From Flectonema sp. DT1601 (Eukaryota): a stretch of DNA of 64,000 bases. Where the stretch lies: positions 930,001 through 994,000 of the forward strand of contig OZ025804.1 of assembly GCA_964019425.1 (NCBI GenBank). Direction: 5' to 3'. Below are positions 44,781-57,263 of this stretch, piece after piece (within the stretch, counting starts at the first letter, position 1; every line of letters starts with the position of its first letter). The notes under the pieces are model-generated. The model ran no database searches, was not told the origin of the DNA, and saw only the letters and a list, made by a program, of their open reading frames with translations. The position numbers and the translations under genes are program-made.

Positions 44781-45986
44781 TTTGTTTTCTCGGGGGTGGT
44801 ACTGAGTCTTGGGATGCTGTTGAGGGAAGTGAACGAGAGATGAAAAAGGTTTTAACAGCGCTTCACCACACACATTATCAAGAGAGAGAGAGAGAGAGAC
44901 AAACACGGTCGGAGAGTTTCCGCATCAGGTGCTTGAGAAGATAAGAGAGGGAGGGAAACGAGCGATAGTTGTTCGAGTGAACACTCACAAGTATTGTGAA
45001 CAGCAGAAGATCAAAGAAAACAGTCGGTGTGTTTGACAGAGAGGACCTTAATACCGCACCTCATATGGATTTGGAGACTTTTTATACACCATGATATTTA
45101 TAATTACGGTAAATAAAAAGCTTGAAATAATTTCATACTACTTTGAGTATCCAATGATTCCAATAGTTATTTCATTTTTTAGTTTTGTAGTCACATCGAT
45201 AATTTATAATAGCGATGAGTTTAAAAAAAAAAATCGAGGGTGAGCAGGACGACTACACATCGACAAGAAAAGTGTAAATAAGGCAGCAAATACAACTACT
45301 AAAAATTAAAAATATAAAGCAACCAAGACCACCTAGAAATTGAAACAAACTAAAGTTATTTTACCTTTGGATATAAGGCGGTGACTAATAGAAATCAAAG
45401 CACACCGTATAAAAAGTTCTAATTAAGAATAGATTGTCCGAAGTAAACGTTTTTCGTACCTCTGATGAATTGCATACTTCTTTTGCACAAAGAAGACCTT
45501 CACGTGTCAACAGGAAGGTAAGGGTAAGAAGATAGGAGGAGGGGGGTTGGTTTTGTTTTTTTAAAAAAACAAAAAAAAATAAAGAACCATACAAATAAAA
45601 TATATAACCTGAAATTATGAAAAACAGAATTCACAGAAATGAAACTTGTCGTTGTCGTTTTTTTTTATATGCCCAACAAACGTCTTCTTGAATATTAATA
45701 ATATTTCACCACAGCTTCTTTCCATTGTTGATCAAAGGATCTCCTGCTAAGCCTCGTCCCAACTTACAAAAGATGCGACATTGTCTTGCGCCCCACTGGA
45801 TGTTATCAATGTTGTCCTGGGCATCTTTGTTAGAAATTCCTGCAGTTGTAGTTATTCCCTCAGGTTTAAGTAAATTCTTTCCTTCAAACACCTCATTACC
45901 TGTGGGGTGGCACTAAAATGAATAGATTGAGGGAATCATATTTTTATACAATCAACTTCATAGTATTACACTTTTAACAAAAAACA

Positions 45987-47375
45987 TTAATTAAAACAAC
46001 GAAACAAATATTTAAGAATCGATTCACTACTTCTCTTTTTATAACACTGCTCGAAGACAGCCCTATTATTACCAGGCAGCTGAACAGACTCAAGGACGGT
46101 GGTTTTGGTCAGGAATCTTTCTCCTATTACAGTCACACTACTAAGACTTGAAAGGTCAACAGCAGTGAGTTGCGAACACTGATACAAGAAATAATCTCCA
46201 ATAGTAGTGACACTACTAAGACCAGAAAGGTCAAGAGCAGGGAGTTTTGAACAGGAAAACAAGAAGCTACCTTCAATAGTGGTGAGATTACTAAGACCTG
46301 AAAGGTCAACAGTAGTGAGGCTTGAACAGTCGCACAAGAAATAAAAACCAAAAGTGGTGACACTACTAAGACCAGAAAGGTCAAGAGCAGGGAGTTTTGA
46401 ACAGGAAAACAAGAAGCTACCTTCAATAGTGGTGAGATTACTAAGACCTGAAAGGTCAACAGTAGTGAGGCTTGAACAGTCACACAAGAAATAAAAACCA
46501 AAAGTGGTGACACTACTAAGACTTGAAAGGTCAACAGCAGCGAGTTGTGAACAACGATACATGAAATTATTTCCAATAGTTTTGAGACTGCTAAGACCAG
46601 AAAGGTCAACAGTAGTTAGGCGTGGACAGGAATGCAAGAAACCTCCTCCAATAATTGTGACACTACTAAGACCAGAAACGTCAACAGCAGTGAGTTGCGG
46701 ACAGGAATACAAGAAATTACTTCCAATAGTTCCGAGAGTGCTAAGACCTGAAAGGTCAAGAGAAGTGAGGCGCGGACAGGAATACAAGAATTGTTCTCCA
46801 ATAATTGTGACACTACTAAGACCTGAAAGGTCAACAGAAGTGAGTTGTGAATAAAACAAGAAATAATCTCCAATAGCTGTGACACTACTAAGATTTGAAA
46901 GATCAAGAGAAGTGATTGAACATCCCCGCATGAAATATGGTGAGATGATTGTGATGTCGGAATTTGTATTGCGGAAAGAAATCCGTTTGGCGACAGAAGG
47001 CAGTATATCATTACTAACACTGAGGCAACCATCTTCTGAGAATGTAGGGGTGTCTAGGTTTAAGTATTCCTCATTGTGGTTTCCAAGCCATTGAAGCAGC
47101 TTCTCCCGCTTCGATTCATCAACAAACCAGCATTTACCAAATAACTGAAACAACTTCTTCCGCATTTCCATCTCGCTGTCTGCACCCAATCCATGATCTG
47201 CCAGACGCTCAGTTTCGTCAAGGGTGTCACCAGCGAACGAGAGTTCAACTTCCTCCGGATCGACATCCCACTCAACAGCCGCCCCCTTCAACACGTCGCT
47301 CACAAGGGAATCAACACCAACTGTGACTGACACAGCAGCGAGTTCCAATTCCGGGAATGTCACAAAAACCTGCAT
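45987..47375 (-). CDS. Ubiquitin-like domain + BspA-like 23-aa leucine-rich repeat protein (462 aa), intact copy B
   Basis: Ubl-like MQVFV...LSFAGDTL...LADHGL; repeats CxxLTxVDLSGLSSVTxIGxxFL. Confidence 0.9.
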   Translation of the reverse strand: MQVFVTFPELELAAVSVTVGVDSLVSDVLKGAAVEWDVDPEEVELSFAGDTLDETERLADHGLGADSEMEMRKKLFQLFGKCWFVDESKREKLLQWLGNHNEEYLNLDTPTFSEDGCLSVSNDILPSVAKRISFRNTNSDITIISPYFMRGCSITSLDLSNLSSVTAIGDYFLFYSQLTSVDLSGLSSVTIIGEQFLYSCPRLTSLDLSGLSTLGTIGSNFLYSCPQLTAVDVSGLSSVTIIGGGFLHSCPRLTTVDLSGLSSLKTIGNNFMYRCSQLAAVDLSSLSSVTTFGFYFLCDCSSLTTVDLSGLSNLTTIEGSFLFSCSKLPALDLSGLSSVTTFGFYFLCDCSSLTTVDLSGLSNLTTIEGSFLFSCSKLPALDLSGLSSVTTIGDYFLYQCSQLTAVDLSSLSSVTVIGERFLTKTTVLESVQLPGNNRAVFEQCYKKRSSESILKYLFRCFN

Positions 47376-48120
47376 TGTTTTGAGTGATCTGCTGAAAGAC
47401 AAGAAAGGATGTTAAATGCCATGCAGTAACAACAATTCACACATTCTATCAAGAGAGAGACAAACACGGTCGGAGAGTTTCCGCATCAGGTGCTTGAGAA
47501 GATAAGAGAGAGAGGGAGGGAAACGAGCGATAGTTGTTCGAGTGAACACTCACAAGTATTGTGAGCAGCAGAAGATCAAAGAAAACAGTCGGTGTGTTTG
47601 ACAGAGTTGGACAACGGACTAAATACAAAAACAGTGGTGCTCACCGCACCTCACCGAGGAATCAATCAATGATCCCCTCGTCTCACCAACCGACTGCAAA
47701 TAGTGGAAGCTGTCAACATCACTCAATTTGAACAAATATCTCAATTTCAGAATAAAAAGAAATGCAATTTTTGGAAGCAAATCCGAATAAATAAATTCAA
47801 AATAAAGAAAAAAAAACAAGAAATCTTTTTTATTACCCGAAAAGCAGGCAATCGATTGCACTGCACAGGCTGTTACGGGAAACTCAACATTCTGAGTCCG
47901 TTAGTTGAATAGAATTAATTTTGAACAACAATGAAATCAGACGGATGTCTGTACTGTTGTTGAATGCTGGTAGTGGGTGTCAGCAGGCACATCTGTTCGG
48001 TGTTTCCTCGATTGATTTTGGTGCTTAAAAGAAAAATAAAAAACCTGTTTTCCAGAATCGATGGTTAAAAGAAGAGGTCAGCTTACTTCATCATTCGAAA
48101 TCCCCTTCTCATTTCACATT

Positions 48121-48282
48121 TTAACGGTAGTTCTTGCCGCACTCTCCGCAGTTCGCGGCGTTGCCAGACGGGGTCGGGTTCCCGCTTCCCACGTTTCTCT
48201 TACACCCCGAACACATCGCCGTGCCACAGTTCTTGCAGCTGATGGTCGAGCTGGTTCCACATCCTGATGCCCACTTGCACAT
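48121..48282 (-). CDS. 53-aa 8-Cys microprotein, copy 3
   Basis: Same ORF as copy 2. Confidence 0.6.
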   Translation of the reverse strand: MCKWASGCGTSSTISCKNCGTAMCSGCKRNVGSGNPTPSGNAANCGECGKNYR

Positions 48283-49057
48283 TTTGTTTTCTCGGGGGTG
48301 GTACTGGGTCTTGGGATGCTGTTGAGGGAAGTGAACGAGAGATGAAAAAGGTTTGAGCAGCGCTTCACCACACACATTATCAAGAGAGAGAGAGAGAGAC
48401 AAACACGGTCGGAGAGTTTCCGCATCAGGTGCTTGAGAAGATAAGAGAGAGAGGGAGGGAAACGAGCGATAGTTGTTCGAGTGAACACTCACAAGTATTG
48501 TGAGCAGCAGAAGATCAAAGAAAACAGTCGGTGTGTTTGACAGAGAGGACAACGGACTAAATACAAAAACAGTGGTGCTCACCGCACCTCACCGAGGAAT
48601 CAATCAATGATCCCCTCGTCTCACCAACCGACTGCAAATAGTGGAAGCTGTCAACATCACTCAATTTGAACAAATATCTCAATTTCAGAATAAAAAGAAA
48701 TGCGATTTTTGGAAGCAAATCCGAATAAATAAATTCAAAATGAAGAAAAAAAACAAGAAATCTTTTTTATTACCCGAAAAGCAGGCAATCGATTGCACTG
48801 CACGGGCTGTTACGGGAAACTCAACATTCTGAGTCCGTTAGTTGAATAGAATTAATTTTGAACAACAATGAAATCAGACGGATGTCTGTACTGTTGTTGA
48901 ATGCTGGTAGTGGGTGTCAGCAGGCACATCTGTTCGGTGTTTCCTCGATTGATTTTGGTGCTTAAATGAAAAATAAAAACCTGTTTTCCCAGAATCGATG
49001 GTTAAAAGAAGAGGTCAGCTCACTTCATCATTCGAAATCCCCTTCTCATTTCACATT

Positions 49058-49219
49058 TTAACGGTAGTTCTTGCCGCACTCTCCGCAGTTCGCGGCGTTG
49101 CCAGACGGGGTCGGGTTCCCGCTTCCCACGTTTCTCTTACACCCCGAACACATCGCCGTGCCACAGTTCTTGCAGCTGATGGTCGAGCTGGTTCCACATC
49201 CTGATGCCCACTTGCACAT
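49058..49219 (-). CDS. 53-aa 8-Cys microprotein, copy 4
   Basis: Same ORF as copy 2. Confidence 0.6.
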   Translation of the reverse strand: MCKWASGCGTSSTISCKNCGTAMCSGCKRNVGSGNPTPSGNAANCGECGKNYR

Positions 49220-51224
49220 TTTGTTTTCTCGGGGGTGGTACTGGGTCTTGGGATGCTGTTGAGGGAAGTGAACGAGAGATGAAAAAGGTTTGAACAGCGC
49301 TTCACCACACACATTATCAAGAGAGAGACAAACACGGTCGGAGAGTTTCCGCATCAGGTGCTTGAGAAGATAAGGAGAGAAATATGTTCGTCTTCTTTTC
49401 TCATTTTAATTCCACATAAATCAGTCTCTACGGATTCTTTTTGAAATATGTGAGATAGCTCATTGTTTACATTTATCATCCGACTGACTGAATATCAATA
49501 TTAATATTTAAAAGACCAAAACATTCTATGAAGCGAGAAGAACGTAACAAGACCCCCTCCGGAAGAACCAAAGAGATCTAACGTACATAGGAACTAATGG
49601 AAACTCTCAATAGTCTTCTTCTAATTAATATAAAAAGTGTAAATTAAAACATCTTCCTTGAAGTATAAGTAAACGCCTCAGATGTCGTAAGAGACTTTAT
49701 ATTATAATTAAATGTTTCAAACTCAGCTGCATGCACACATCTAATTTTCAGCTGTTGTATAGAATGTGGAGGGGTTAATTGTTCTATTTTGTACGTAAAA
49801 TACAAATGTATTGTATCATAAATAACATAACGACAATTTAACATTAGTTCTGAGAAACAGTGACTAAAGAGGTAATGTTAGTGTAGGCATGCACTCTGCA
49901 ATTGATGTAAATACTGTATAGACTGTGTGGGGGTAATTTGATATTGCATTCGTAAGCTCAAAGGAACAACAATTTCTTGGATAAATAAATCAAGGCGTGG
50001 AGGGACTTGGATAAATAAGCCAAGGTTAACACACAACAAATTAGACATGAATCATTATAACTGGATTCTGTCCACACAAAATCACATGCTTTAAATAAAC
50101 TACCAGAAAGAGATGCTGTCAAGTCAAATTGACCCGGGGACCACGCACTACAGGTTGAGCATGTTATGCACTGCAGGTCGTTACAGCTTAAAAACATAAA
50201 TGTATTAATGTTTTCAAATAAATCAATATGTGGGGGTGTGGAGATGGGAAGTAATAAATAAAATATCATTTCTTTTCTTTGACAGTCGGTTTTGCTCAGG
50301 AGCTCTGAATTCAGGTTGCGGAATGTTCACGCATTCCCTCTTCGACAAAACCCCCACAGAAACACAAGTGTTCCCATGAAGGTTTTAATGCACACGTTTC
50401 TTTCAGCACCTGAGCAGACCAGAGCCACTAGTAAACCCAAACGAGTGCACGTTGTAGTGTAGAGTTAGTATTAACTCAGTTAGTTAGAAGAATAGAATGA
50501 AAAGAAATACTTTCCATTCTGAGAGTTAGTTTCTCCATGCTTTTTAGCACGGACAATAAAAAAAGAATCGGCACTTCACTAAATAATTTTCGCACTTTGC
50601 TTTTGTTTGTGTGCAACCAGAAACAAGCCTCTAAGGTAAAGGTGTGTTAACTTCAACGTTGCCACAATTTTCTTTCGCTCGTAAAATATGTCTTCGAGAT
50701 GAAAAAAAAAAAAAAAAAAAAAAGGCTTTTATCTTCAACTATACAGAAAATAATAATATAACACTGTGATTTTTTTGTTCGTGCACGAAACCTTGAACCG
50801 ACTTAAACTGATAAAGCTAAAGGAGGTTTACGTGTGCTGCCCAACATTCTTTTTCGTTCTTACAATACTTGTTAAATGCAAAAAAATAAACCATCACCGA
50901 TAATATTATTAATCAAGTATTACTTGACTGGAAAAAAGAATATTCGCCATTCAACGAATGTCATAACGGTGGGTAAACACTCCGAAGTTGAAGTAAAGAC
51001 TTCACATTATAATTAATGTTTCTAACTTCGCTGCATACAAAAGAAGGGGGGAGAGAATGGAACAAGAAATATGTCTAAATTCCAAAGCGGGAAAACTAAA
51101 GCAGGGAAAGGGAAGGTCGTTCGATTAAAATAAAAAGTAAATTTTTTTTTTGTGCTATATTCACACACTACATATCCTTTGATACACTTTTTCACAATTG
51201 TTGAAGAAATAAGGTTTTGAAATT

Positions 51225-51474
51225 ATTTTGTGAAGTTCTATAAGCCAGCGATTTGTTTGTCATTACCACATGAATGTCACGGAGAAACTGAATCTGCTGT
51301 GTTTTCCTTAATTTCACTTTTTCGAAGATTCGTAGTTACTTCATCGTTTTCCTGAAGCTTACATGATACACTGAATGTATTTTCCGCACTAATTCTGTAG
51401 AATAGATCAGCTGAAGAAGCCTGCCTTCCATTGATAACACATTTGGTGGTCGTGACTTCCAGTTCGTAGCTCAC
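51225..51474 (-). pseudogene. Orphan REase-fold C-terminal module, copy B (further deleted)
   Basis: CVINGRQASSADLFYRISAENTFSVSCKL; homologous to 41350-41602. Confidence 0.7.
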
Positions 51475-51624
51475 CTACCAGCGGAGCAAACTTCTTACAC
51501 TTCTTTACAACAGAATGTTGATTTTGAAGCTCCTCATTAGATGCAAGTCTTTTGATTATTTGTTTTAACTTTTTGGTACAACCTTGACATCTGGATTTCT
51601 GAGTTGGGATTTTTATTAAAAATA

Positions 51625-54065
51625 TTACCTACCAGCCCTGGGATTCCTTTTGGTGTTAGTTTTATTGCCAGTGTCTGATTCGCTGTCAGCGTCTGATACG
51701 CTGCCAGTGTCTGATTCGCTGTCAGCGTCTGATTCGCTGTCAGCGTCTGATTCGCTGTCAGTGCCTGACACGCTGCCAGTGTCTGATACGCTGCCAGTGC
51801 CTGATACGCTGCCAGTGTCTAGGTAACTTATATGTGCAGTCCAAAAGAGAGCAAACGGCCCAAAGTATTTCTTGAAGTTACGACCGTCGACAACACCAAA
51901 TGTTACTTTATCTTTAAGGTCACAATTTTCAAGACAGCCCCCAAGTATTTTTTGCCACTTTTCTGTGACAACTTTGTTTGTCATTATCACATGAATGTCA
52001 CCTTTAGAAACTGAATTCAGTGTGTTCTTCTCAAGTTCTTTTTTATCAAGTTCCAAAACTTTTCCCTCCTTTTCCTGAAGCTTACATGATACACTGAATG
52101 TATTTTTCTCACTAATTCTGTAGAATACATCAGCTGACTGAGCACCTTTTCCATTGATAACACATGTGTCGGTCATAATATTAACAAGTGGTTTGCTAAT
52201 GGTCCAATCCCCAACTTCTTCTGGTATCACAACCTTTTTGCGACCTGATTCAGCTTTTTTGCGTAGTAGTACCGCAGCCTTCCGGTTACTCGCTGAGCTG
52301 ATCCGACGTGCACTCTGGACCACACTTAGTTCTCGGTTGAAGAAACTTAAATTTTCAATATTACTACCCCAGACAATCCCAAAGTGCATGTTATCGAGAG
52401 GCATTTCATCTTCTAGCAGTACTCGTGAGCGGATCCTGAGAAATTGTGACACAAATACCTCAAAATCTTGGCTATTCATGGATGGTGCACAGTCCCAATT
52501 TCGAAGAATGGTGGAACCAAGACTTTTTTGAATAGCAAGCCACAATGGAGCAATCTCTAAAACACCAGAAGAAACAGTCATAAACCCAGAGGCCATTGTT
52601 GGATCGAGACCGAGTATTTCTTTGTTTGTCAATTTCTTGAAGCACATTCCCAACAGACTCGGGAACATAGGATCCGGTGTCTTCATGCCGTACCTAACAG
52701 CAAGGCTGATCTTAGTCAGGTCACACAACTCCTTAAAGGAACAGTTGTGTTTCTCGATGTCAGCAATTGCTTCCATGGCACGTGGATGCCCGAGTGTTAA
52801 AGACATCGCTGTATTTGCATCTTGCTGGATCCCATCAGGCATTTTAGTTAGTTGTGGTGGATGCATCAAAACCCCATTATCCTTCATTGCTTTGCGAACT
52901 GGGTGTGAAACTGTTGCACTTACCACAGGAAACAGGTGATACTTTGTCGTCTGCATCGCAATCAAAAGGGTGTCGAGAAGAGTCTTCATGTTGCTCTCCT
53001 GATACAAACCTTCCTCGAGACCGATGTTGTGAACACCATCAACAAGCAGCAGAATAAGAGGGTTGAACCAACCTGCATTCTCTGCAGTTTTGTGGATTGC
53101 TTCCGCAACTTTTTCTACTTGCATAACTTTTTCTACTTGCATGCAGTCCTTCATAAATTCATCAAAATATCCCACTTGGCCCTTCAGCTGCCACATCATC
53201 CGCACTGCAACTGAACTTGCATCCCTCACTAATCTTTTTTCTTCAGGTAACACTGCTGTATCATTTTCAAAGGAAACATTCACTACAATCAACGGATGGT
53301 CTTTGAAGTATCCCGGAAACCATTTGTAGAGTAATATGGGCACTTCTGTCAATGTGCGACTCTTTCCAGTGCCCATCCCACTTGCAAAGATTGGAAGAGA
53401 ACACCCCCTGGATCTGTAAAAACTTTCAAAAGAGTCACCAAGCTTCAACATATCGTCGACTTCGCCCTGTCGTTCGCATTGGAAATGCCACTCTGCGCCA
53501 GTGTCATTGGATGTAAGGAGGGAATATCTATCCCTGTTAAGATCATCTTTTGTAAGCACTTCAGGTCCCTGTGTTGGTTAAGTGTGAACAGTAAATATGA
53601 GAACAAAGGAGTCTCACAGATCAAATTCTGATGATGTTACAAAAGGTCAACAATTCAGAAATAGTACGAAGTTCTGATGGCAGATCAAATTCCGGTGATG
53701 TTACTTTTGAGTTTGTTAACGCAATCACCTCACCTCACGTGAGATTTATTATTTAGGGAAAATAATCATTTGTTTTAACCCTGTCAGTCACCAACACAAA
53801 AACTTCTAAATTTCTATTTCCTGAGTTTCTAAATAGCAAAGCGGAAAGTAAAGGATATTTAAAAAGGCGAATCTACATCACTCTAAACCATAACAGTAAC
53901 TTTAGGGATGTCAGCGTCCAATACAACAATAAAAAGGTCGGACTCGTCAAGACAGGGTTTACACCGAAATGTGTTTAAGAAAAAAAGCAAAAAGCATACT
54001 TTTGTGGCGCTCATCTTCGCCTTCAACTCATCGCTCGTCGGTCTTCCACTTCTCTGTTTACCCAT
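51625..54065 (-). CDS. Crinkler-like NTPase + REase-fold protein, copy B (exons 54065-54000, 53568-51625)
   Basis: Same motifs and same splice geometry as copy A. Confidence 0.78.
51665..51820. repeat. 18-bp coding minisatellite (DTGSVS/DADSES hexapeptides)
   Basis: Repeats of gtgtctgat(t/a)cgctg(t/c)ca; only about one unit in copy A. Confidence 0.9.
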
Positions 54066-54712
54066 GTTTTTGTGTTTTGGTTTATGCTGCAAGAAGAAGT
54101 ATCAGATGTAATAATAATATTCATCACTCTCTACACTCTACCACCTGTTGTATCGAATCCTAAATATCAATAGTATTAACTTATCGAGTTCTCCATCTTT
54201 ATCAGGTCTCTTGAAGGATATCAACATCGTCGTCTCTCTTGGAGCCTTTATTTTCTATTTATAATTAATCAAAGAACACTAAGCGCTCCAACTTTGTTTT
54301 CACAATTCTCATGCCCTTCCTGATCACCCTATTTACTCACTCCATCGTTCTACAGCACAACTTCCATGTGCCATAATGATAGACCTGTCATGTGAAGAAT
54401 ATTTGTTAATACTTCCAAACCTTGTCAGGCAAAACAACTTAAGAAGTAGACGGTAGTAAGAATCTAAAATCACCTCAAGAGGTTCAAGAGGTTGAACATT
54501 ACTATATTTATAAATAACATCGAGTCTAACAATTCTCCCAAATCTCCAAAAAAAAAAAGAAAAAATGTCCAAATCCTCCGCTTCAGTTCTCACCCAGCAC
54601 TAAAACATAAAACCAGAGAAGGAAACTAATATTTTACCTTTATACGAAGTCTCCAAATCTCCTAAAAATGGCGTATCAGTATTCTCATACTTACAATGGT
54701 TTATTAACTTGC

Positions 54713-54859
54713 TTAGTTGGAACTGTTTTCAACGTCTTTGCCAGACGGGGTCGGGTTCCCGCTTCCCACGTTTCTCTTACACCCCGAACACATCGCCGTG
54801 CCACAGTTCTTGCAGCTGATGGTCGAGCTGGTTCCACATCCTGATGCCCACTTGCACAT
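54713..54859 (-). CDS. Microprotein variant lacking the last CxxC (48 aa)
   Basis: As 44634-44780. Confidence 0.4.
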   Translation of the reverse strand: MCKWASGCGTSSTISCKNCGTAMCSGCKRNVGSGNPTPSGKDVENSSN

Positions 54860-55638
54860 TTTGTTTTCTCGGGGGTGGTACTGGGTCTTGGGATGCTGTT
54901 GAGGGAAGTGAACGAGAGATGAAAAAGGTTTGAACAGCACTTCACCACACACATTATCAAGAGAGAGAGAGAGACAAACACGGTCGGAGAGTTTCCGCAT
55001 CAGGTGCTTGAGAAGATAAGAGAGAGAGGGAGGGAGGGAAACGAGCGATAGTTGTTCGAGTGAACACTCACAAGTATTGTGAGCAGCAGAAGATCAAAGA
55101 AAACAGTCGGTGTGTTTGACAGAGAGGACAACGGACTAAATACAAAAACAGTGGTGCTCACCGCACCTCACCGAGGAATCAATCAATGATCCCCTCGTCT
55201 CACCAACCGACTGCAAATAGTGGAAGCTGTCAACATCACTCAATTTGAACAAATATCTCAATTTCAGAATAAAAAGAAATGCGATTTTTGGAAGCAAATC
55301 CGAATAAATAAATTCAAAATAAAGAGAAAAAAAAAAGAAATTTTTTTTATTACCCGAAAAGCAGGCAATCGATTGCACTGCACAGGCTGTTACGGGAAAC
55401 TCAACATTCTGAGTCCGTTAGTTGAATAGAATTAATTTTGAACAACAATGAAATCAGACGGATGTCTGTACTGTTGTTGAATGCTGGTAGTGGGTGTCAG
55501 CAGGCAAATCTGTTCGGTGTTTCCTCGATTGATTTTGGTGCTTAAATGAAAAATAAAAAACCTGTTTTCCCAGAATCGATGGTTAAAAGAAGAGGTCAGC
55601 TTACTTCATCATTCGAAATCCCCTTCTCATTTCACATT

Positions 55639-55800
55639 TTAACGGTAGTTCTTGCCGCACTCTCCGCAGTTCGCGGCGTTGCCAGACGGGGTCGGGTTCC
55701 CGCTTCCCACGTTTCTCTTACACCCAGAACACATCGCCGTGCCACAGTTCTTGCAGCTGATGGTCGAGCTGGTTCCACATCCTGATGCCCACCTGCACAT
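55639..55800 (-). CDS. 53-aa 8-Cys microprotein, copy 5
   Basis: Read directly (below the ORF-track size cutoff); R at residue 3 like copy 1. Confidence 0.6.
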   Translation of the reverse strand: MCRWASGCGTSSTISCKNCGTAMCSGCKRNVGSGNPTPSGNAANCGECGKNYR

Positions 55801-56022
55801 TTTGTTTTCTCGGGGGTGGTACTGGGTCTTGGGATGCTGTTGAGGAGAAAAAGAAAGTTTGAACCGCCTAGATGAAAAAAGTTTTAAATAACAGTTTTAA
55901 TGAAAAAAAAAAAAAAGAAAACTAAAGTAACATTGAGCATAAGTACCCAACAGGGTACAGAAAAGATTGAGATCATAATAACAAACACGAAGATAGAAAA
56001 TGAATGTCATTTCACTATTTAA

Positions 56023-56553
56023 TTACTTTTTACTTCTCGATAATAATAATCCTAACCCAACAGCACCAAGACTTGTTAGGATCAATCCGGTAGTAAGTTT
56101 TATGTCGTCAGTTTGTTCAGTTTTTAGACCAATCTCAGCGAGACTTTTTAAATCAGTGGCTTGATGATGAGTAGGAAGGAGTCTTAGAAGTTTATCACAA
56201 GAGGCGATACATTTTTTAAATGATTTTTGTTTATAGTTTGAGAGTGAGATGAAGTACAAACACTGAAGTAATTGAGCATCTGCCTTGTCATCAACGTCGC
56301 TTAAAGAGTTGGATGGAATACGAAGTTTATCAGAACAATTTTTTGATATTCTCGTTGCTATTTTCGGAAATAACTTTTCAAGAGTTAGTAAAGCCTCATC
56401 AATATTGACTTCTCCTCCTTGTTTGACTAACATGGTTCCAAGGTTTAGACTGGGTTCGATCCCCCCAATTGATTTTTGTAACTGTCTTTGTTCATAAATC
56501 TGTTCTCCCCAATCCATTTCACTTTCCATTCGGATCTGTTCTTCGAATGTCAT
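56023..56553 (-). CDS. FIS1: Mitochondrial fission protein FIS1-like (TPR + C-terminal tail anchor)
   Basis: QCLYFISLSNYK...LLRLLPTHHQATDLKSL matches the Fis1 TPR-C pattern; C-terminal TM followed by basic residues. Confidence 0.75.
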   Translation of the reverse strand: MTFEEQIRMESEMDWGEQIYEQRQLQKSIGGIEPSLNLGTMLVKQGGEVNIDEALLTLEKLFPKIATRISKNCSDKLRIPSNSLSDVDDKADAQLLQCLYFISLSNYKQKSFKKCIASCDKLLRLLPTHHQATDLKSLAEIGLKTEQTDDIKLTTGLILTSLGAVGLGLLLSRSKK

Positions 56554-56777
56554 TTTTATTATTATTTTTTTTTTTTTCTTCAAGTTACCTGGTTGGAGTT
56601 TTAGTTTCTTATAAAAATAAACTGAAAAGTGTCAGCGAGCCAATAACTCAAAAAAAACCAAAAAAAAAAAAAAAAATACTCCCCTATAAAGATCTATTGT
56701 AGAAATAAAACGAAAAATCACAGCAACTAATAAAAACTAAAATAATAAGAAGAAGAAGGGAATACAATTATAGCGCC

Positions 56778-57263
56778 CTACGTGATAGCATTTCTCACAG
56801 CTTCTTTGTACTTTTTGTGAAGCTGCATCCCCCTCTTGGGTCTCGACACAAAGTGAATAGGATTTACAACATAAGAATAATAAAATACAAAATAAATAGT
56901 CAGAGAAGTCATAAACACAGAAATCACCAACAAAGCAATTCTAAAGTTCGCAGTCGTGTCTGTTTTGATTGAACGGCGATCGACAGCTTCACGTTCAGCG
57001 TAAGTTGGACATTGGCTTAGGAAAACTGTGATGACAGTTACTATTAGGATATTCGTACCTCCGACAACCCATGGATACCTCGTAAACATAATTGAGAATA
57101 TCGTAGTCACGAACCCGATTACAATTAATAATAATATAACAAACATTCCCCACCCGAGTCCCATCACCAGACTTGTTGGTTCTCCAGCATCCGCATTCAC
57201 AGTTGGTGACGGTGTTACCGCACCTATTATAGTAACAGACGACAGTAGAGTTGTCGCTATCAT
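56778..57263 (-). CDS. TMEM218-like three-TM membrane protein with N-terminal hydrophobic leader
   Basis: VMGLGWGMFVILLL, TM2 ending in P, D...R..LL, TM3 ending YVVNPIH resemble TMEM218 as I recall it. Confidence 0.6.
   Translation of the reverse strand: MIATTLLSSVTIIGAVTPSPTVNADAGEPTSLVMGLGWGMFVILLLIVIGFVTTIFSIMFTRYPWVVGGTNILIVTVITVFLSQCPTYAEREAVDRRSIKTDTTANFRIALLVISVFMTSLTIYFVFYYSYVVNPIHFVSRPKRGMQLHKKYKEAVRNAIT

Larger units (their letters stand above)
31900..55845. repeat. Segmental/tandem duplication: two ~10-kb cassettes interleaved with ~940-bp units
   Basis: Paralogous genes at 34085/45987 and 41819/51625. Unit spacing 31933->32868, 48282->49219 and 54859->55800 (935-941 bp). Confidence 0.95.

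Noticed and set aside
46130..46920. CRISPR-like regularly spaced repeats
   Set aside because: The 69-bp period is coding LRR repeats in an open frame.
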